Position numbers and translations under genes: made by a program. This document shows positions 38,973 to 43,542 of a stretch of DNA of 43,542 bases, piece by piece. This DNA is from Candidatus Hadarchaeota archaeon (GTDB lineage: Archaea; CAYQAE01; CAYVLA01): contig CAYVLA010000015.1 of the NCBI GenBank assembly GCA_964452145.1, positions 1 to 43,542 on the forward strand. Direction: 5' to 3'. Numbering within the stretch: position 1 is the first letter of the stretch; the number at the start of each line of letters is the position of its first letter. The notes beneath the pieces were generated by a model. That model saw only the letters and a program-made list of their open reading frames with translations, did not search any database and had not been told where the DNA came from.

Positions 38973-38994
38973 GCTGCACGGGGTGCTGATCAAG

Positions 38995-40017
38995 ATGAGG
39001 GCGGCTGTCGTGACGGCGGGGCGGAAGCTGGAGGTTATGGATGTCAGCGACCCAGCGCCGGGTCCGTACGAGTGTCTCGCAAAGATAGATGCGTGTGCGA
39101 TATGCACCGGCACCGACTCGAACATCATCAGCGGCAACTTCCCATGGCTGGTCGACCCTCCCTTCAACCTTGGCCACGAATCCACAGGCGTGATCGTTGA
39201 ATTGGGCGATCGGGTATGCGACTTCGAGGTTGGCCAGCGGGTGACGCGCCCCGCCGGTGTCCTTTCCGGAAGAAGAAGGGATGGCGTGGGGAGCGTCTGG
39301 GGAGGCTTCGCGGAGCTCGGCCTCATCGTAGATGTGGAGACCGCGAGAAAGGCGGGGGTTGATTGCCGGGGCCTCGGCACCAGCAGCCGACGCCCTCTGC
39401 CCCAGGACGTAGACCCCATCTGGGCCGCCCTGTCGGTGAACCAGCGCGAGATACTCTCTGTCACACAGAACATTGACCTCGGACCGGGGTCCAGCGTTGT
39501 CGTCCTCGGTTCGGGGTACAACGGACTGCTGTTCTCCCTGTACTTCAAGCACGCCGGGGCTGAGAGGGTGCTGGTGATCGGCAGTCTGGCCCGCAGGGCC
39601 CTGGCTTGCGAGACCTTCCTAGCAGACGAATACCTGGACTACAAGAACGATCACACAACCAGGAATGTGCGCCAGATCCTCGGAGGACACCCTGACGTTG
39701 TGATTGATGCGGTGGGAACCTTAAGATCAATGGAGTTCGCCCGTGACATGCTCGGCCCCCGGACCGCCTTCGGCCGGTACGGAATGCACGAGTTCGACCG
39801 GATCGACAGGATCTCCAAGGAGATCGCGAGCCGTCACTCCGTCCTCAACCTTGCAGCTGATGAGGTCTCGGCCACTGACAGATGGTACCAGCTGTGGAGG
39901 CAGGGCTTCTTCGACAGAAAGGGGATCTACGACGGGACGGTTCCGCTGGAACAGATCGGAAATGCCTTTGAGAGGCTCGCTCGGCGCGAAGCCGTCAAAT
40001 TGGTCGTGACGATATAG
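38995..40017 (+). CDS. Zinc-dependent (MDR) dehydrogenase
   Basis: AICTGTD, LGHESTG, GSGYNG Rossmann motif; no four-Cys structural zinc lobe. Confidence 0.88.
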   Translation: MRAAVVTAGRKLEVMDVSDPAPGPYECLAKIDACAICTGTDSNIISGNFPWLVDPPFNLGHESTGVIVELGDRVCDFEVGQRVTRPAGVLSGRRRDGVGSVWGGFAELGLIVDVETARKAGVDCRGLGTSSRRPLPQDVDPIWAALSVNQREILSVTQNIDLGPGSSVVVLGSGYNGLLFSLYFKHAGAERVLVIGSLARRALACETFLADEYLDYKNDHTTRNVRQILGGHPDVVIDAVGTLRSMEFARDMLGPRTAFGRYGMHEFDRIDRISKEIASRHSVLNLAADEVSATDRWYQLWRQGFFDRKGIYDGTVPLEQIGNAFERLARREAVKLVVTI

Positions 40018-40332
40018 ATCGACGATGCGTCAAACACTCGGGGTCGGCTCCTATCCTTAACAAGCCTTTCGACCAGAAACCGGCATACGGGTCGCGATGG
40101 CATGACTGAGATGGGATGGCAACGCCTGTCCTGGTACATCTGCGGTGAGGCCGGCATGGACCATCGTCGCAAATGAATGGTTGCCTAGCTCGGGGAAGGG
40201 CGGATCACCCTATCTATGGCACTGACCGACAGGCACACCGCCGATCAGGGGGGTCTGTTGGGCGTGGAACTATTCGTTCCACCGTGTTCCTGCGAACACA
40301 AATCTAGCGTTCCATCCAAGCGGGCTGCGGAG

Positions 40333-40824
40333 GTGAGACATCTGAGGTTCTCAAGAAAGGTAGGGATCGCCGCTCTCTTGGTTCTCGCAAGCCTCGTACC
40401 GCTATCCGTGCTTGCCAACGGCAACGGCAACGACGCGACGACCGATGAACAGACAAGCGGGAAGTGCCGGATGTGGCGAGGCTGGCGGTGGGGATGGTTT
40501 GGCCTTGGTCCCGGCAACGACAAGACCGTCGACGAAGTCGTCGACCTAATGACCGAGAAACTAGGCCTAACCGAGGAAGAGGCCGATGCGGTAACGCCGA
40601 TAGTGCAGGAGATCAGGGATCTGAGGGAACAACTGAAGACCAAGATGCAGGAACTCAACGATGTGATTGGACCCAAAGTTGACGCCTACAGAGAGTCTGT
40701 AATGGCCAACGGATTCGGCAGATGCAGGCGAATGGGATGGAGATTCAGGCAGTGTTGCCCGCCCCCGTTGCCATGCCAAGACACATCGGAAGACGCTTCC
40801 GGGGAGACATCTCCGGCTGAGTGA
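40333..40824 (+). CDS. Secreted helical hypothetical protein (loosely Spy/CpxP-like)
   Basis: Signal peptide RFSRKVGIAALLVLASLVPLSVLA, KLGLTEEE helix/coiled coil, Gly/Arg/Trp-rich flanks; start GTG 40333 or CTG 40342. Confidence 0.7.
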   Translation: MRHLRFSRKVGIAALLVLASLVPLSVLANGNGNDATTDEQTSGKCRMWRGWRWGWFGLGPGNDKTVDEVVDLMTEKLGLTEEEADAVTPIVQEIRDLREQLKTKMQELNDVIGPKVDAYRESVMANGFGRCRRMGWRFRQCCPPPLPCQDTSEDASGETSPAE

Positions 40825-40971
40825 CCGAGAGACTAGAGGCACTAACGCATAGAAAACGGCCGCTCCCATGGGTTCCACCCGAGATCGACTCGTGTCCGAC
40901 GGCTCCAGGACCAACCCACGAATACCCTTTGCTGGAGACCGGAACGAACCGCATGTGCCATGAGGACTCGG

Positions 40972-40988
40972 GCGGAACCCGCTTTTTT
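40972..40988 (+). terminator. Short GC hairpin followed by T6
   Basis: GCGG-AAC-CCGC-TTTTTT. Confidence 0.35.
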
Positions 40989-41314
40989 CAACCCCCTCGC
41001 CGAGCGTGAAGCTGAGTCGGTTTTAGGAGGCAAACCTCCTGTCTGTCTGGCTTCAGTCAAGCCTCGGAGTTGGGACATCAAGCACACCGGAACCTGGATT
41101 TTGGCTAAAGACGTTTGGCGATCGCCTGTGCGCCCGGCCCCCCTTCACGGAGCAAGCAGGTAAGCCGACTCACAGCGGAACGAGATCGAGTCTCGATGAA
41201 TCAGTACGGGTCTCATTTGGCGCAGTCCTAGGGAGCCGTCATCGAAAGCGCGGGTGGTGTACGCCATGCAGACAGAAGGCATTCTCACCGGGTAGGGAAG
41301 CGGTCGAGGCCATC

Positions 41315-42427
41315 TCAATATCGTCCGTATGCCCGGCCCGCCGAAACGAAGGCCTTCTGGTTCTCAAGCAGTCGATCGCTTATCTCGGCGATGGGCTCGG
41401 CCGTCGGGAAGAGCACGTAGCCACCTCCAGCAGCGCCCTGATCGATTGCGGAGCGGACCTTCTGACGGATCACGACCGGCCTATCGAATTCAAGGTCGTT
41501 GTACTGGATGTAACCCATTAGGCAGGTCTTGTCCCCTAACCGCTCCTTGATAGCAGACAGCGGGACATCTCCCTTGGGCGGTGGTTCGATGGGCTCCAAG
41601 ACGTGGGGGTTGATCCTCCGCATCCCGTCCAGCACCGCCCCGATCCGGCCATGACAGTGGATGCAGGCAATGTTGCCGCTTTTCTTCACTATGTCGACGA
41701 TCCGCCTGTCGTAGGGCACGACGTAGTCCCAGAACAGGCTCGGCGGGAGTATCGGGGGCGTGACGTACTCCGGGCCGACGATTCGGTAGAGCACGTCCTC
41801 TGACTGCTCGGTCTTCTGTCTCACGTAGTCCTCCAACCTCTCAGCGAAGAAATCCAGCAACCTTCTCATCACCGGCTTCCGGCGGCTTGCCATGAGGGCA
41901 AAGTCCCTCAGTGTGAGCAGGTCCGCCACATTGCAGATGGGATCCGCAACGCCCGTTGAAACTATCCCCCTTTCCCCGAGCTGTTTCTGGGCATCAGAGA
42001 CGGGGGACATGTCTACCTCGAGGGGTTCGAACGGGATCGACAGGATTTTCTCCACATCATCCTCCGACTTGATGTATCCCTCGAAGGTCCAGGTGGTGTT
42101 GATGTCCTCCTCGGACTTCCTTCTTGCGAACAGTTTGCCGCCCGGGGTCGAGAGGCAATCCCGCCTGTAGGTGTATCTTCCTTCGACTCGTGACTCCGAC
42201 TCGATCCTCACTTCGTCGGTGGAGGAGTAATAGATGCCTTTTGCTCTGGGAGCCCTCGGAACTACGACGTCGGTGCTGCCCCTGACCAGATCGTGAAACC
42301 GATCGTACCCCAGCCGCTTACGCCTATCGTCAAGCTCGACATAGGGATCGACGTACGAAAAGGTCACAGGCACCATATCGGGCTCGTCGAGATAGAAAGC
42401 CCTCAGGAACCGTTCTCGCGGGGTCAT
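41315..42427 (-). CDS. Uroporphyrinogen decarboxylase / MtaA-CmuA superfamily protein (copy 3)
   Basis: MTPRERF...EPDMVP, TPGG.L, GPEYVTPP, HCHG, IEPPPKGD, GGGYVL. Confidence 0.88.
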   Translation of the reverse strand: MTPRERFLRAFYLDEPDMVPVTFSYVDPYVELDDRRKRLGYDRFHDLVRGSTDVVVPRAPRAKGIYYSSTDEVRIESESRVEGRYTYRRDCLSTPGGKLFARRKSEEDINTTWTFEGYIKSEDDVEKILSIPFEPLEVDMSPVSDAQKQLGERGIVSTGVADPICNVADLLTLRDFALMASRRKPVMRRLLDFFAERLEDYVRQKTEQSEDVLYRIVGPEYVTPPILPPSLFWDYVVPYDRRIVDIVKKSGNIACIHCHGRIGAVLDGMRRINPHVLEPIEPPPKGDVPLSAIKERLGDKTCLMGYIQYNDLEFDRPVVIRQKVRSAIDQGAAGGGYVLFPTAEPIAEISDRLLENQKAFVSAGRAYGRY

Positions 42428-42568
42428 CGTGGAGGCCATGGGCGCAGGGGTGCGGGACTTCCTTGATATCTCTTCCTCGCCTTGGGCCTCCTCAGCCCGC
42501 CAGAAGGTTCTGTTGTTCCGTTCCGCAACCGGATTCATATTTCAGCCTATCCGTGAGCCATGCCAGAC

Positions 42569-43542
42569 ATGCCGAAGGGAAGATCGTACGGCAGTGAACG
42601 GGAACTGTTCGATGACGGTGAGACGGGGGTCAGCCTCATTAGACTGAGCGGCTTCCCGACTGTGAATAGCCACGTCTATATCCATGCAAGGTGTTTCACC
42701 TGCGATTCGCGGGACGCGGTCTTCTACTCCAACAGACAGCTTTCCCGGGATTCACCCCGAGATATCTTCGCGGTGGGAACCGACGGCATGAACCTTCGCC
42801 AGCTCACCGATAGGGACGGAGCTGGATGGATGACGTGCAGCCCGGTTGAGCGCTCGGTCTTCTACGTAGCCGGCGAATGGATCTTCAAAGTCAACGTGGA
42901 TAGCTTCGAGGAGAAACCGGTGGCGAACTCTCCGCTCGGTGCCCTCGGGATAACCTCCGTCAGCTTCGACGGCAAGCGCCTGATCTCCTTCACAAACCAT
43001 GGAAACAAGGGCTCCATCATCGCGAGTGACCTGGTGCGGGAATCCTCCGAGGTCATATACCAGCACCCCACCCCCATCGGCCACGTACAGCTCGAGCCCA
43101 GGCACTCACGATACATCCTGTTCAACGATGGCAGTCCTACCGCTGGCAAGCCTCGGCTCTGGTGCCTGAAGTCCGATGGATCTGGTCCCAGACCATTCTA
43201 TGACGGCTCACACGGGTCGCCGTCCCACTTCGCATGGCTTCCCGGGCGGGACACCGTGGCGAGCACCCTTCAGCATCCGGATAAGGGCATCATCCGGATC
43301 GAGATGGACGGCAGCGTGAGCATCGTTTCCAGCGCTGAGCATTTCTGGCATGCAGGGGCAAGCCTGGATGGGGAGATGCTGTGCTCCGATACGTTCCATC
43401 CCGACACGGGCATCTACCTTGTCAACGCGGAGACCGGCGCTCACAGGAAACTCTGCAACTCGGACAGCACCAACTCCCATCCCCAGTGGCCCCCCCCCCA
43501 TCCGACCTGGCGCCCCGCCGGCACCAGGGTGCTCTTCAACTC
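42569..43542 (+). CDS. Oligogalacturonate lyase (PL22/Ogl)-like beta-propeller protein, runs off the window end (not in ORF track)
   Basis: Hand translation MPKGRSYGSERELFDDGETGVSLIRLS...HVYIHARCFT.DS...RQLT...IGHVQ...HFWH...CSDT...HPTW...VLFN; open to the last base. Confidence 0.8.
   Translation, partial: MPKGRSYGSERELFDDGETGVSLIRLSGFPTVNSHVYIHARCFTCDSRDAVFYSNRQLSRDSPRDIFAVGTDGMNLRQLTDRDGAGWMTCSPVERSVFYVAGEWIFKVNVDSFEEKPVANSPLGALGITSVSFDGKRLISFTNHGNKGSIIASDLVRESSEVIYQHPTPIGHVQLEPRHSRYILFNDGSPTAGKPRLWCLKSDGSGPRPFYDGSHGSPSHFAWLPGRDTVASTLQHPDKGIIRIEMDGSVSIVSSAEHFWHAGASLDGEMLCSDTFHPDTGIYLVNAETGAHRKLCNSDSTNSHPQWPPPHPTWRPAGTRVLFN

Noticed and set aside
41232..41265. Group II intron domain V-like GAGCCG...GAAA...GTACG
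   Set aside because: Stem pairing and spacing do not fit domain V; no domain VI or RT gene
8730..42427. Pyrrolysine or selenocysteine read-through in the methyltransferase-related genes
   Set aside because: The stops fall at the expected family C-termini, and no gene appears split by an in-frame TAG/TGA

Overview
A GC-rich (~60% by eye), gene-dense segment of about 37 CDS or CDS fragments. It is probably from an uncultured anaerobic, heterotrophic archaeon (Bathyarchaeia/Brockarchaeota-like; inference from BRE/TATA-type promoters such as GAAAGGCTTTATC, GGTGA/GGAGG SD sites, frequent TTG/GTG starts, an archaeal-type PIN protein and C-terminal sorting-signal-like tails). Content: (i) many carbohydrate/organosulfate enzymes (sulfatase, GH2, GH116, DUF4091/GH123-like, DUF5010, five-bladed propeller, PL22-like, SGNH, CehA/McbA) plus three oxidoreductases; (ii) dispersed corrinoid methyl-transfer parts (three UroD/MtaA-family proteins, a cobalamin-binding protein with an altered SxHxxG motif, a DUF3786-like protein); (iii) a crtI-crtB-lycopene elongase (C50 carotenoid) operon; (iv) decayed genes. 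Two CDSs cut by the window edges are absent from the ORF track (1-285 minus; 42569-43542 plus). The most striking unexplained signal is the 9759-10034 intergenic region: an archaeal-type promoter, a perfect 14-bp stem presenting an almost G-free loop with two copies of CACAATCCCCCCA, and then a domain that folds as a tRNA-like cloverleaf. It is a candidate novel structured ncRNA. No transposase, integrase, CRISPR array, rRNA or canonical tRNA was recognised.
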